From: Hormiphora californensis
Taxonomy: Eukaryota; Animalia; Ctenophora
Length of the DNA: 64,000 nucleotides
Assembly: GCA_020137815.1 (NCBI GenBank)
Contig: CM035360.1
Span: 496,001 to 560,000 of the forward strand
Direction: 5' to 3'
Part shown: piece after piece, positions 1 through 13,266 of the stretch
Layout: each line of letters opens with the position of its first letter
Position numbering within the stretch: the stretch's first letter is position 1
Notes under the pieces: model-generated
What the model saw: the letters and a program-made list of their open reading frames with translations, nothing else
Told to the model about the DNA's origin: nothing
The model's database searches: none
Translations under genes and position numbers: made by a program

Positions 1-5
1 TCCAG

Positions 6-1029
6 ATGATCACACGGGCAGACAGATCAGACATAGAGCTGCGGAACTAAAGGATTACCTTCACTCTCTTCTAGGTGAGTTCCCAGCTCAGTGACAATAC
101 ATCCCCTCCCTGATTCTAGTATTATCAGACCTATAGCTGAGCAGTCGGCCTCTTACAACTACCCTTTTCGACACCCCCTCTCACATCACAACTCCCCTGT
201 CCCCTCTGATACACCCCCTCTCTCACATCACAACTCCCCTCTGATACACCACCTCTCTCAGACGCAGAGCTGGATGATGATTTTGCCAAGTTGTGTGAAG
301 ACATGAAGGAGGCAAGGGAGGCTCGAGGGAGGAGTGAGGCAGGGGACGATGATCAGCAGGATACTAGGAGCAGATCTAGTAGTGCTAGGACTACCAGCAG
401 AGGGAGGTCTTCTGTTGCCAGCAATAACGAGGTACGGGTAATACTGGGGGGGGGGGGGTAGTTCCTGAGTTCTGGTTTAATTACCACTAATTAACCCTTA
501 TAACAGCACCCTAACACCCTATTAATGATATTTCAGAGTCTCCCAGCTGCTACCCTTGAGAATGGTGTGTCTGGTGAGGGGGATCAGGATCCGGCTGAGG
601 ATGTCCTCAATCAGATAGTGAAATGTGTTAGTGGAGCAGACCAGGACACCATCCTCCGCCTTCACACCCGCCTCTCACAGGTATAGACAGTTATACAGTG
701 TATCACCCCCTGATGTTTGGGAATTGCATCAAGACGACCCTGTCAGGCCAATGCTCTGACAACAGTTCTCGCTCGCTCCTATTTGAAAGAAATGAGAATA
801 GGGTCAGGCTTGTCTCATATAAGACCGTACTCTTCGCACCGCGTGTGCGGCGTGCGCCGTGTACACTGTCAGTGCCAGACAAGGTCAGGCCAATGCTCTG
901 TCAAAGACGACCATACTCATCAACAACATGCCCCCCTTTCAGGAGATATATCAGAGACGAGGAAAGACAGAGCGGGGAACCCTTCTACAGGATATAATCC
1001 TCCCTATTGTACGAGAGTTTAGTAAATAA
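6..1029 (+). CDS. ATAD2: ATAD2-family AAA+/bromodomain protein, last four exons (6-74, 262-431, 537-680, 943-1029)
   Basis: GT-AG exons splice in frame to ...GRQIRHRAAELKDYLHSLLDAELDDDFAKLCEDMKEAR...IVKCVSGADQDTILRLHTRLSQEIYQRRGKTERGTLLQDIILPIVREFSK*. This matches the end of the ATAD2 bromodomain (IRHRA.L.D...ELDEDFEQLCEEI) and its C-terminal helical domain. Confidence 0.85.
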
Positions 1030-1399
1030 GTTGTACCAGTTTACTAGCCAACCTGGGAGCCTCTGAGATGTACTCTAGCTTGCAGCTGTGGGAGGGTAGG
1101 AGCTACCCACCTCTCATTCAACAGTCTGTGGGAGGATTGAGCAAGACAGCAAGAGCCTTTAGGGGGTGATATCAATGCAATCTCTTACTCTCTAAAAACT
1201 GTCGTACGAGACACTGAAAACTGTGAAGGTTGTATTTCTATTCAATACCCAATAGATAGATAAATTAGGTTAATCTTCTCTATTTGTGAAAACCTGTTAT
1301 ATTTTAAAAAGTCACGATCTGGACTCCAGACTGGAGTTGCAGTATTTTTAAATGTAATTATTTTCTGCTCACGTTTGATCCCATAATATGTGGTGTTGT

Positions 1400-3110
1400 C
1401 AGATCGGGCCGCCGCCAGAAAGTTATTGGTGATTCATACAAACAATTTAATTAATTTTTACCCAGAAAATGACAGATCGATTTATAGTATTAATTGAATG
1501 AGATTAGGGTGCCCGCGAGTGAACTTGTGTAGTTCATTCTGTGCTGTCTGGTGGCGCCGGCCCGATCTGAGCGCACTATTGAGAATCAAGGTCTTGCGCC
1601 GCCAGACAGGGTTTTTTCCTGAGTTTTGATAGTTAAAAAGAGGATACGCAGCGGGTTTATGAGGGGTTTATGAGTATGGCTGTGATCAGGCCAGTGCTCT
1701 GCCAGGTTTATGATTATTTGTAAGTGATATTTAAACTTATATTTTTGCAGTTGACCTGCCCAAATTAATATCTTGAGTTTCGTTTCGTTACACTTACAGT
1801 TACACCGCCGTCTCTGGCTTATATTGACCATTGACCAACCTACAAAAAGTACCCTGGTATCCCTGGCTTATTTGCCATGCTACGCAGTCTGTTTGTCACT
1901 TTGAGCGCCTCGGGCCCTGTGTGAGAGCTGACAGACAAGGAACATGTCATTATGTCAATGTTTCTCGTCCATGATGAGATATCCATGTACTCAGATCGAG
2001 TCTGTGCACTGTGCACAGCTGTGAAAGATGTCATATTTGGTGGCTCTGTACAATGTATGCCGCATACTGTAGGTGCAGCTGTAAGTGTATGTGCATGTGA
2101 TGCCCTCCTAAACCTCCAGCACAACAAAACATGGCACTGTCCTGTTAATTGCACTGCAATTTGCGGTATTAGGCTAACTTCCAGGCCCGTACTATCCAGG
2201 ATAGCACTTTTACTAAAACCTGTAGAAACTGTGTAGTTGAACAGGTGTAAAAGTTTTAGAATTGTTCTACACCTGTTATACAACTACACAGTTTCTACAA
2301 GGTTCATATCACCGCTGTATATCGTACAGGCCCTGTCCCGAGGCATCACCGACCCGATCTTACCTTGGTGACATAGACACCGTGCGCGACCAAGATTGAG
2401 CTCGATCTCGCACGCATGTCAATGTCACCAAGATCTTACCCTGCCAGCTCGCTGTCTGACCACTCTACCCCGACCTGCTCAGCTCGCTGTCTGACCACGC
2501 GCAGCTGTAAGTGTTTTTGCATGTGATGCAGGTCTTGCCCTCCTAAACCTCCAGCACAACAAAACATGGCACTGTCCTGTTAATTGAACTGCAATTTGCG
2601 GTATTGGGCTAACTTCCAGGCCCGTTCTCGATACTAAGCTATCAGGATAGCACTTTTACTAAAACCCTGTCAGGCCAATGCTCTGACCTCAGTTCTCGCC
2701 TGTATGGCGGCGCCATACCCTTGCCATGCTACGCAGTCTGTCTATCGGCACTTAAGCGTAAGCTCGCACCGGGCCTTCGGCCCGGTGTGAGAGCTGACAG
2801 ACAAGGAACATGTCAGCCATACCCCATTTGATGGGTCGCGGCGCCAGACAGGTTCTCGCGCGCTCCGCGTGCAGAACACTATTTGAGAGAATGGGTCAGG
2901 CCAATGCTCTGACAGCTAAAACCTGTAGAATTTCTACTAGAAACTGTGTAGTTCCAGGAGTTCTACACCTGTACAACTAGACAGTTTCTACAGGTTCATA
3001 TCACCGCTGTCTATCGTACAGGCCCTGTCCCGAGGCATCACCGACCCGATCTTACCCTGTCAGCTCGCTGTCTGACCACTCTACCCAGACCTGCTCAGCC
3101 CGTCTATCAA
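1400..3110. repeat. mosaic/tandemly duplicated interspersed repeat region
   Basis: Blocks at about 1870-2360 recur rearranged at about 2500-3100. The motifs GGCGCCAGACAG and GTCAGGCCAATGCTCTGAC also occur at about 740, 885, 30255, 35390 and 50720. Confidence 0.7.
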
Positions 3111-4270
3111 TGGTCCTTTCCCAGTAAATCTTGCCGCACTGCCCAAACGGGATTGGCGCCTCGAGCCGGGATTCCATTATCAAAACATGATGCTTAGTTA
3201 GAGAGACAGAGAGAGATGACAGCACCATGTTTTACCGGGGGGTATACAACTGAAACAAGGTGGTTTTGTAGTTGAAAACTAAACATCATCATTCTCGATA
3301 TCTCGCACTTAAAAAAACACAACAAATACGACACACACAAACACTGCGCAAGATTTCACCAAGATGCACCGCCATCATCATCAGAAGCAGAAGATATCTC
3401 TCAAATTATTCCAAATATATATCCCAATCCAAATTATACACCTCTCCTGTGAAATATCATACACGCTTCTAACGGTCCGACTGTACATCTCGAGATGTAC
3501 AGTCGGACCCCGATAACGAGATACATATCTCAAATGATAACATATATCTGGATTATTGATCTGCACAGCTTCAAGCAGTATACCCTAACATAGAATTTTA
3601 GAGAAACATAGTTCCACTTTTTCTCTCGTGCTATTTTACAATTTTACACACACATACACAAACTCTTTCTCTCTTCTTTTCCGACATTTTGCAGCACAAG
3701 TGTTACTCCAAGCTCTCTACCACACACAACTTCCTTCTCCTCCTGCATGTTGTAGACGCTAAAAAAGGGCACAATCCAATTACCAATAAGTTAAGTTTTG
3801 TCCTTCCTCTCTTCTCCCACAAAAAGACACATCTGCAGCAAAAAAAGGGGGAAAATAATTCCTAAAATAACACCCTGTATTTGTTGAGTAACTCAACAAC
3901 CCTGTACAATTAGCAGCCTTCCACACGCACACAATACATGTTCCTGATTTCCAGTTACATATGATGATTCTCATGATATCCTATTATCTCTTTCTCTTTC
4001 TCTCTCAGATATCTCCAGAATTTGACAGGTTATAAGTAAAAATATAAAAACACCCTTATTAGTTCAGTCCTTGTCCACGTTTTGTAGAAAAAATAAAATC
4101 AATCTTCTCTTTCTTTCCTCTCTCTCGCTTGAAACAATGCTGTTCTTTCAATCATACAAGTTCGCGTGAAACACACACCATTTAGCCCCTCACGAGATCA
4201 TTGCCACAAGATCTGTACAAGATATATAATCAAGAGATATCTCTCTCTATAGAGAGAAGATAATATCTTC

Positions 4271-7200
4271 TCATCTTTTTGTCCTGCTTGAGGCGCCTCT
4301 TGCGCCCCCTGACCTGCTACCTCTCCTCTCACTAGGGGGACTAAACATCTTGACACTGGCTGAACTGGAGCTCCGCGATGTTGATGGAGATGCTCCCTTA
4401 CCACTCCCAGGGTTGATGCTGTTCTCTCGGATCACCTTGTCAGGCCGCACAAAGGTGCCGTGTTTAGCTTTACACTTGAAATAACGGTGACCTCCCACAT
4501 TGCCGTCGTGCTTACCTGGAGAGGGGGAGAGATTGTTACATTAACTAGGGAGAGAGAGGGAGAGTGAGAGAGGGTGGTTATTTTGGGACTGCAAAGACAG
4601 CTAATTTAGTGCGGTGCAAATTGAATTTTGGGACACTCACACACACCACAAAACAAGTGAGCTAGGTTTAAAGATAGTTTGTATCGGAACTACACTGGGA
4701 CAAGAGAGGAAGAGAAATAGTGGGGCGACAGAACAATTAGTGTATCTCTCACAGAACCACTCACAGTATTAGTACACACACAGTACAGTATGAGTACACT
4801 GGACAAACAGTACAGACACAACAACAGCAAATGAGTGAAGGTACAATGTACTCATAATGTACCATACATAACTCAAGGTACAATGTACCCATTATAACTG
4901 TCGCCACATTCACATATTTCTGATACCATGAAATGATCGCAACACTGTACTTTAAGCTGTGTGCGCAGTACCGCGCGTTACCAACCTTGAGCTCCATCAA
5001 GTGCTATTCCAATCCAAACGCCATCTGAAAACTTCGTCTCTCCCACATATTTCACTGTCCCCATTTTGTAACCTGGTGTCACCAGCACCGTATCCCCAAC
5101 ATAGATATCAGGGAGGACCAGGGGTTCGGGGGCAGGGGGAGGGGTAACAGGGGCGACCTCTTTAGCTACAGCCACCAGAGGCTCAGCAGGTAGCACCTCA
5201 GGTTCACGGATACTCTCAGCACTCTCAACACCTGAATCACTCCTGAATTCCTCAACTGATTGTTTCGAGTTGTCGCTCTCTCCACTCACTATGACAGCAC
5301 CGGGAGAGGAGGAGAAATCAAGGACTTTTGTTAGATCCTTGTCACTAAATTTGTCCATTTTATCCTCAATTGAAATATTGTTTATGTTGTTGTTAGTCAG
5401 GCATCTTGTCACCAGACGATATTTCAATGTTGGGGATCGAGAGGACTGGTTCAGGGATATTATCTACTGGTGTCTCATTGTCATTGTTAACATTATTGTT
5501 ATCACTGTTAACATTATCAGTAACCCCTCCAGTTACATATCAGGTTAACCCTCCAGTTACATTATCACTAACATTATTCTGTTTGACCTCTGAGTAGTCC
5601 CCAGTTAGGTCCATTGCTGTGTTCACTATTCGTCGTGATCACGATATCATCCATTATCAGTGGATCTGCTGACCGAGAGAGGCTGGGTGTGGCATCGCTC
5701 TCTTCCTCCTGCACAGAATCAGTTAGAAGATCAGAGAAGTTCTGGGATTTCCGTCGTGGGTCAAGGTCCTGTAGGGTTGATCTGGATCGGGACTTGTCCC
5801 TGAAGTTGGGTATCAAGTTATCCTAGCCCATCCGGCATGGAACCACCTCTGTGTAGGAAGCCGTGTGTGTTAGCATTCAATGGATCGGTGAACCCTGTCA
5901 GACCAGTTTTCTGTTCGAATATCAACTCATTTCTACTTGATGTCAGAGATCTGTTCAGTGCGAGCTGGCTGAGAGATTTAGCCTTACTTAGCCTTTCCCG
6001 CAGTAGACAATCTCTCCTTTAACGCAATATCCTGCCTCATCTTCTCCAACTCCAAGATACTCTCAACAGAACTGATACCCTGGGTGTACTGCTCCAGGAC
6101 ATTCTCATTCTCCTCCTCTTCGTCTGCTTGAGGTTCCTTCCTCTCCCGCTACCTTGGGGATACTCGACACTATCTCATACATCACCCCTGTCCGGCTGGT
6201 CAGATCATGGTACGTGCTCCAGTCATCTTTCTCATAAGAGTATTGAAATGTGGACACCTTTTTGTAAACGTGGCACACAGATTCCGTTTCCTGAGGGTGA
6301 CTTGGACGCCCTGCAGGGAACCCTAAGCAACACAGACACCTTGATGACCATGTAGATTACGATCCTGTGCATGCAGTTTGGCAGTTAGATCTACAGAGTT
6401 GTGGATTGAACTGTCCCAGGAGGCGTGTGCACGAACCTGATTCTCTGAGTGGTCAATGTGAAGTGCCTTCATCAGGGCATCATTCTCCAGGGGTAGAGTT
6501 AGGGCAGGCCCCCACTTGGGAATCCTTCTCTATGGTAGAAGGGTTCATATAGTTGGTGGTACCGGCATCTTTATCCAGGAAGAGTGTGACGGGTCTCTGT
6601 TCCATACCCGGTGGGACACCTTTAGATGAGGGAGCACCAGGGAGACCACTATCAACTTGGGGCACTAGAACGGCATTTCCTCTCATTCACTAACATCACC
6701 CATTCATCGACCAGCATAGTCTGTAACTCACTAGTCACTCTTTACTCTTGTCCTGTTTATCGATGATGCTGTGGAGTCCTATCATCCCAGAGTCTCCCTT
6801 CTCTTCATCAATCTCTCACTCCACGCAGTCCGCAGCCTCTTCAGGTCCTCATCAATGAAACTATCCAGTCCCTGCATGACCTTCACTATCCTACCAACAC
6901 TCCCAATACTAATCCCTGTGATCCTCTCACATACAACTGGATAGGTCCCAAAACCCTCAATTGGTGCGACAGTAACACACAACCTCCTTGATTGTCCCTG
7001 TCTCAACTGGTAGACACCCCCACAGCTAACATCAGGACGATCGTGAACCTCCACTGGCACATACTGCCCACTATCATCTAACTCCCTGATCTCCACCCAC
7101 ATTTGAAGGGTACACATCAACTCACTCCATCTCTGGACGAGAGCTTGGGGAATATTGCTGTCCTTGTTTTTCTCCTTCTCCTGTTTCCTACTGTTGATCC

Positions 7201-9994
7201 GGTCCTCGAACCCGCTGCTTAGATGACCCCAAACTTCAAAAGCGAGGGACCCCGTGGTGATGTAATGTGTAAAGTTATCAGTTATATCTGGGTTGAAGAT
7301 ATGCTTGTGCTCGAACCGTGCCGTTCCAACTGGTAACCCTGTGACATCATGACCTGGCAGGAGAGTCTCAGGGTTCTCCCAAAACTTGTACTGACAAAAC
7401 ACAAAGTTACAGAGGGCGGGAGGGAGGCCGTACGCATCCTGAACAGTCACCTCACAGAGCGCTTTACCGTAGGTAACAGGCTCATTAATGTCAGATCCAC
7501 TGCCCCACGCTTCACTGTCATCACTGTCATCATTATCGGCCACCCTTCTCAGACCCACTGTAATGTGGCCCACTATCTGGCCCTGTCTGTTGATGATTGG
7601 AGGCGAGTAGGTCAGCTTTATATCTGGGTAGTTGAGAGGTTCGAGGTACATGTTGGCGATACCGAGAAGGGTGTGAGACTTCTCCATCTCATAAAACGGA
7701 TCATTCACTACGTTAGAGTTGAGTTTCTTGAACAACGTCCCCTCCTCCCTCCTCGACTCGTACATTTCTCTCATCAGGAAGATGCGGTGTTGAAGCTTGT
7801 ATAGTGTCCACACTGTCTGTGTTCCCCGAGCCTGGTGAGTGACCTCAATAGCTACTTCACTGGTTATGATCTGACTCTTTTTGTTAGCATCTAGATTAGC
7901 TTTAGGAATCTGGAGGATAACCCTGAACTTGGTTTCCTTGTACATCTCATCGCCCAGGGTGTTGGCCTCTCTAACCAGGGTGTTTGCTAGCACCACTTGA
8001 TCCCTCAGTTTCTGTCTTTCAGCTGCACGTGCAGCCTCCAACTCTTCATCATATTGGTCATCGTTCTCACCCCTGGGCAGCTGGGAATCCTCGCTGTCGG
8101 GCGAGAAGGCCCCACCTGCCGGCATGCTGCTCAACTTGTCCATCAACTCTGCAAACTTCTGCTCGTAGATCTTCTTCTGATCCTCGAGGGCACCCACTTT
8201 TTCCTCGAGATATTTCTTTTCCAATTTCTTCAGCTCGATCTCAGTAGACTCGGAGTGGAGTTCGTGGGCAGCTAGCTCCTTTTGGGCGAGATCAAAGTCA
8301 ACAGTCATGGACTGCTGTCTGTCTCCTGGGCGGGCACAGTTTATCCGGAAAAAGTAGTTATTACCCATTACAATTCTATCACCATGTTTCAATTTCAACC
8401 GCTCCCCCTCCCCCAGTAACTTCCCGTTGATGTACGTTTTAGATGTCTTGATGGGTGAGATGTGGACCCAACCATCCACCACCTCGATAACACAATGTTC
8501 AGGTTGTACCCCCGCCCCATTTAGTTGGATATCCTGGGGGAGGTCAGCGTTACCCCTCCCCACCTTGGTTAGAGGTTTCAGATAGTACACCAGCATCTCA
8601 TTCAGCGCTGGATCTGCATTCAGATTGATTAGATAGAACTTGCTGGCATCTACTTGGATACCGGTAGATTTGATCGAGATACCCATCTCTTCCAGGAATT
8701 TGTGTCGCTCCTTGTGAGTCTCCTCTGTCTTCTTCAGCTTGTCCTCCCACGTGGTACTCAGTTCACTGATGAGACTCTCACTCTGAGCTAATTGTTCCTT
8801 CAACTTGCTCACGTCCACTACTTCTCCACTGGCGGTGGTAGCAGCAGCAGACGACATGGAAGCTGATCCAGGACCTTTGTTACTCAGTTCAGCCCTCAAT
8901 TTCTCAACCTCCTCCCTGAGCTCCCTGATCACCTTGGCATTCGCATCCTCGTTAATAACAGCGTTATTGATGATCCTCTTGGCTCTGTCAGCGTACCGGA
9001 GGGTACTGAGCGTCTCCTCAAAGTTGTCGTCAGCTGGGGAAATTGTGGCAATCATGATAGTTTTAGAGTTTCCACCGAGGTTATCTTTCAATAACCATGT
9101 CAGAGTTGAATCTCGGTAGGGAACAAAGGATCCCTTACCCTTTTTACCGGCTGCTATGTCAGCTAGAGTGGAAATAACCATCCCGAGAGTGGTCAGGGAT
9201 TTGTTGATATTGCTACCCTCCTTCATCCTGTCCCCGCTGGCTCCAGTCTTACTAAACCGCTCACTACCCGCCAAATCCACCAAACTGAGCTTGCTAACTT
9301 TCTCAGTGTCTAGATTAGTCAAGGTGTCATGGAATATCTGGGTGACAATGATATTGAATACAGCGTGGGAGCGGGAGCTCTCAGAATTCATGTTGGTAGA
9401 TGCCACAGTTCGTGATTGGTTCCCCTCCTCAATCAGAACATTGATGTCATTAAAAGACTTCACCATTAGCTTGGATAAACCCTCTACATAGGGACCTAGC
9501 ACTTTGTGTTCTCTCACTTTCAACTGGCTCTGACCTCCCAGAAGATCTCGGACCCTCTCATTGTAGATCTCCATGTAAGAGACCTCAACCTTGAAGGTGA
9601 CCTGATCTGTAACGGCAGATATTTTATCGAACAGTTCAGTACATAACCGCGGGATAAGCCCAGGTTCACTCCCCCCTCCCATCATGGAGTAGGATTTCCC
9701 GCTCCCAGTCTGCCCATAAGCGAAGATGCACGCGTTATAACCCTCCATAGCGTTCTCCAATACATCACGACCTAGTTTCTCATACACCATCTCCTGGCTG
9801 GCATACTGAGGCTTCTTCTTATCCATCGACCAGAAACTGTGGTCGAAGTTGAATTGTTTGGGTGGCCGGGCACCCTTGGGGTCCTCCAGGAAGGTACTAT
9901 CGTCCTTCATTTTCACGATCACTTTGGCGTTGAGGACCTTCTCCCTCTCGTTGAGGGGTCTCATCCTCACCGCAACCTTGACAGCACTAGCCAT
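4271..9994 (-). CDS. KIF13B: Kinesin-3 motor KIF13A/B-like with C-terminal CAP-Gly domain (exons 9994-4986 and 4515-4271; apparent frameshifts about 5430-6790)
   Basis: Motor domain (GQTGSGKS, NSESSRSH, LVDLAGSE), FHA region (LINLNADPALNEMLVYYLK) and QLRQGQSRR. Across frameshifts: ERNAVLVP..SGLPGAP, ASWDSSIH, VTLRKRIC, EQYTQGISSVESILELEKMRQDIALKE. CAP-Gly G|GKHDGNVGGHRYFKC is split by a GT-AG intron at 4985-4516. Confidence 0.92.
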
Positions 9995-10789
9995 TCTCGA
10001 GCGTGACCTGAGGGGGGAGGAAATGGGTGTTAGAGAGGGTGTTAGGGGATCTGGAGGGAGAGGAGAAGGGGTGTTATAGAGAGAGGGATATGTGTGTGTA
10101 GGGATGATTATTAGAGAGAGGACCTGGGGAAAAGAAGGGTGTTAGGGTGCCGCTCCTAACACGGGCTGGAAAGTGGGAATGGCCACACTGCTATAACACA
10201 CGTCTATACTATACTACTAGCTAGGATTTCTATATTGGAGACAGGATCATGAGCGGGGAGGGGAGGGGGGCAATAAAGAGGGCTGGATTAACTTGTGAGG
10301 GGGCTGGATTAACTTGTGAGGGGGCTGGATTAAATTGTGAGGGGCTGAATGATAGACACACAGACAAATCTACACACACATCGTGACACGCTAAAAGTAA
10401 TGAAATGAAACACGCACACTTGCAGGTATTACATCTATAGCTCATACCCCCCTCATTTCTCTCTATCTCTATTTCTATCTCGCTACCCATCTCTATACCT
10501 CTCCTTCGCTCTTTATCCTTTCTCTATCTCCCTCTAGTCTATACCTCCCCCTCTCTCTATTGATCATGATCACGCTGCCCCAACACACAAAACAGCACAG
10601 AGATCTAGTAATGATTGTGTATTCGTACAAGCTATACACACCTCTAGTACACGCAACTATACACTTTTGCTCTAGTACACGCAACTATACATCTGCACTG
10701 TTTAAACTCTCACAATATAATACGGCAAGCTTTGAAGAAAAAAGGTAGCATAAAATCAGGAAACGTGCATACATGGTTTCATTCGGGCA

Positions 10790-12520
10790 AAAAAAAGAAA
10801 GAAAGAGGGGAAAGAGAAAAGAGGACAAAAGAAAGAATAGAGAGGAGAAAAGAGTTTTGGGGGGGGTTTTTTTGGGGGGGGTTTTTTTTAAAACCCCCCC
10901 CCCCCCCCCCCCCCCGGGGGGGGGGCCCCCCCCCCCTTTTTTTTCCCCCTTTTCCCCCCCTTTTTTTAAATTTTGGGGGGCCCATAAAAAAATGTATTCG
11001 GAAATATTGCGGAAAAAATGTATAAAGTTGTGTAGATGTCACTGTCCATGCTGCTGCTGCTCAGGCTGCTACGACCCAAAAAATGATGACTTTCATAGAC
11101 AATTGGGGGGGAATGCAGTAGACCCTTTTTTCTTAATCGATGTTCAGAAATGATTTATGTGTTGATTTTTGAACTCAGAACTACCCCGGTAGTAAAAAAA
11201 AATCTATCGATAAATTCCCTGTGTCTTTTGTGACCTTCCCCCCCCCCCCCGAGCTCCCCCAATTTTCAGGAAAGGGAAATAGAAAAAGAGTTTTATGGCG
11301 TTTCATTTGTTTTTTCGTTTTTTCCAAAAATTTTCAGAAAAAATTGCGAATAAACCCAAAGGGTTGGCTGGTTTCTCATTTACTGCAATAAAATATAAAC
11401 TTTTAACTATCTTTAGTGAAAAAACGGTTTCCCCTTTTCAAGGTTTTAAAATAGGCCCAAAACATCAGTGCGGGTTTAAATTGCGGGACAGGGGTCCATT
11501 TTTGTAAATTGTGATTAAAATTTTGAAATTTAGGAAATTAAAAAACTTTTTTGTTCAAAGGATTTGCAGTTTTTAAAAAATTTAAATCATTTGTGCGGAA
11601 AAAACCCCATTTCCCAAACCGAAAAACTTACTCCAAGGGAAAAAAGAGAAAATTATTTAAATTTTTCACTCCCTTTTGAACCCTTTTTATAATTTTTTTG
11701 GCTCGGGCTCTCATTTCTCTTTTTTCTTTTCCCAACCCTAAAAATTTTGGGGGTTTTTTAAACCGAACAAAACCCCTTTTTGGTCAGTTAAAAAGGTGTA
11801 TTTATTTGGGGCATTTCGTACAACTACTTTCAAAAGTTAATTTTTTCGGTGTGCGGGGAAGTTTTTTTTTTTGGAACAATTTGAGTTTTTTTTATTTTTT
11901 TTTTAAATTTTTTTTATTTTTTTTTTTGTATTTTTTACTCATAAATGGAAAAAGGGGGGTTTTGCAATTTAAAAAAAACAAAAAACCCAAATTTTAACCG
12001 AAATATTTTTCCTTTCTCCTAGTATGAAAAAATTGTAATTTTTTTTTTTTCACAAAATTTGACAAAAATTTTACCTCTGTTTATTTTGGGCCACTTTACA
12101 AAACCCCAACCCATTTAGTGGGCCCTTGTACAAAAGGGAAAAAAGACCTTTTATATGGTTGGAAATTTAACGACAGTAATGGGCCCCATTTTTTTTAGTA
12201 AAGAAAACTGTCAGAAAAATTTAAGCAATTATAAAAGCCATATAACTTTTCCAACCCCCCCTAAAGTCACTCTCCCGTTGATCATTAAAAAAGGGAAAAA
12301 AGGGTTTTAAAAAACTTTTAAAAAACCCAATCGTTTTAATGTTTTTTGTAGTTTAAGGGGGAAATTTTTTTTAGTAGAGGACCCTTTGGTTTTTGGGGGG
12401 GACCAGAGGGGTCTTTTTTTGGGCCCCCCAAAAAAACCCATTTAAAAATTTCCCCCAAGGGTAATTTGCAAAATTTTAAAATTCCCCTTAACACCTTAAA
12501 ATTTAATTCACCCTTTTTTT
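10790..12520. other. low-quality, homopolymer-smeared sequence
   Basis: Runs of A/C/G/T homopolymers. The ORFs here are K/F/G/P low-complexity. Confidence 0.8.
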
Positions 12521-12689
12521 GGCACACGGAGAAGGTGGGAGAGGAGACACAACCGAGTGGCTTCACAATCCCCACATACTGGTACAACCCGCCGTCCCAT
12601 GCGACTTATAAACTAATAAGAATAATAAATAAATAGTAACTAAAACTTATCATTTTACGGGTTAAAAAGTTCAACTTCGTGCGATAGAT

Positions 12690-13260
12690 GGGGCACGATC
12701 GTCCTCCTGTTTCCCTCTGAGGGCGCTCAGACAGGCCCTCAAAAAAGTCCGAATCTCACCTTGTTCTGAAAGTGGCTGATAACTTCAGCATAGGGTTCTT
12801 GTCTTGTCCTGAAACCCTCTTCGATAATTTCCTTGAGGAATTTCTCAACTCATCTCCCATGGCCGCCAAAGGTGCTCATGACGAGAGGGTGAATGTTCCT
12901 CCTCTACCTCTCTGAACCCTTTGCCCGTACGCTTGCTTCTTCGCCTGCTTCTTTCGATCTGTAATAAGCTGCCCATGCGACTGAGTTACCGTGTTGGGGC
13001 GTTTTGGATGGAAGACCCTACATCAAGAAAATAACTCAAACTGCATATCCTCAAGTCCGTACATACCACGTAGGGGGATGAATGGTGGGGGGGAATCCAC
13101 GTCCATTCTGGCATCGGTTGTGTGTTGGCAGCAAAATGGAGTTGATGGTTGTTACATGGTTGTAGTAGTTTCTCTTTCTCCACTGCTTTCAATCCACCAT
13201 AGACACACATTAATTTGAGATATGTCCTCAGGATGTTGAGACCGCCCGTAGGGGCAGGCA
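12690..13260 (-). mobile_element. degenerate 3' end of a CRE-like non-LTR retrotransposon (restriction-like endonuclease domain)
   Basis: Frameshifted translation LLQPC..ANTQPDARMDV...FSDV....NAPT...GTFTPLVMSTFGG...EPYAEVISHFQNKVRFGLFLRACLSALRG matches the ARLD/FFDVR/FTPLVFSTTGG/LRG pattern of CRE-clade C-termini. Confidence 0.7.
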
Positions 13261-13266
13261 GAAGTT

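Noticed and set aside
4271-9994. KIF13 as a pseudogene
   Set aside because: The motor/FHA ORF and CAP-Gly exons are intact; indels are clustered and insertion-biased, which fits sequencing error better.
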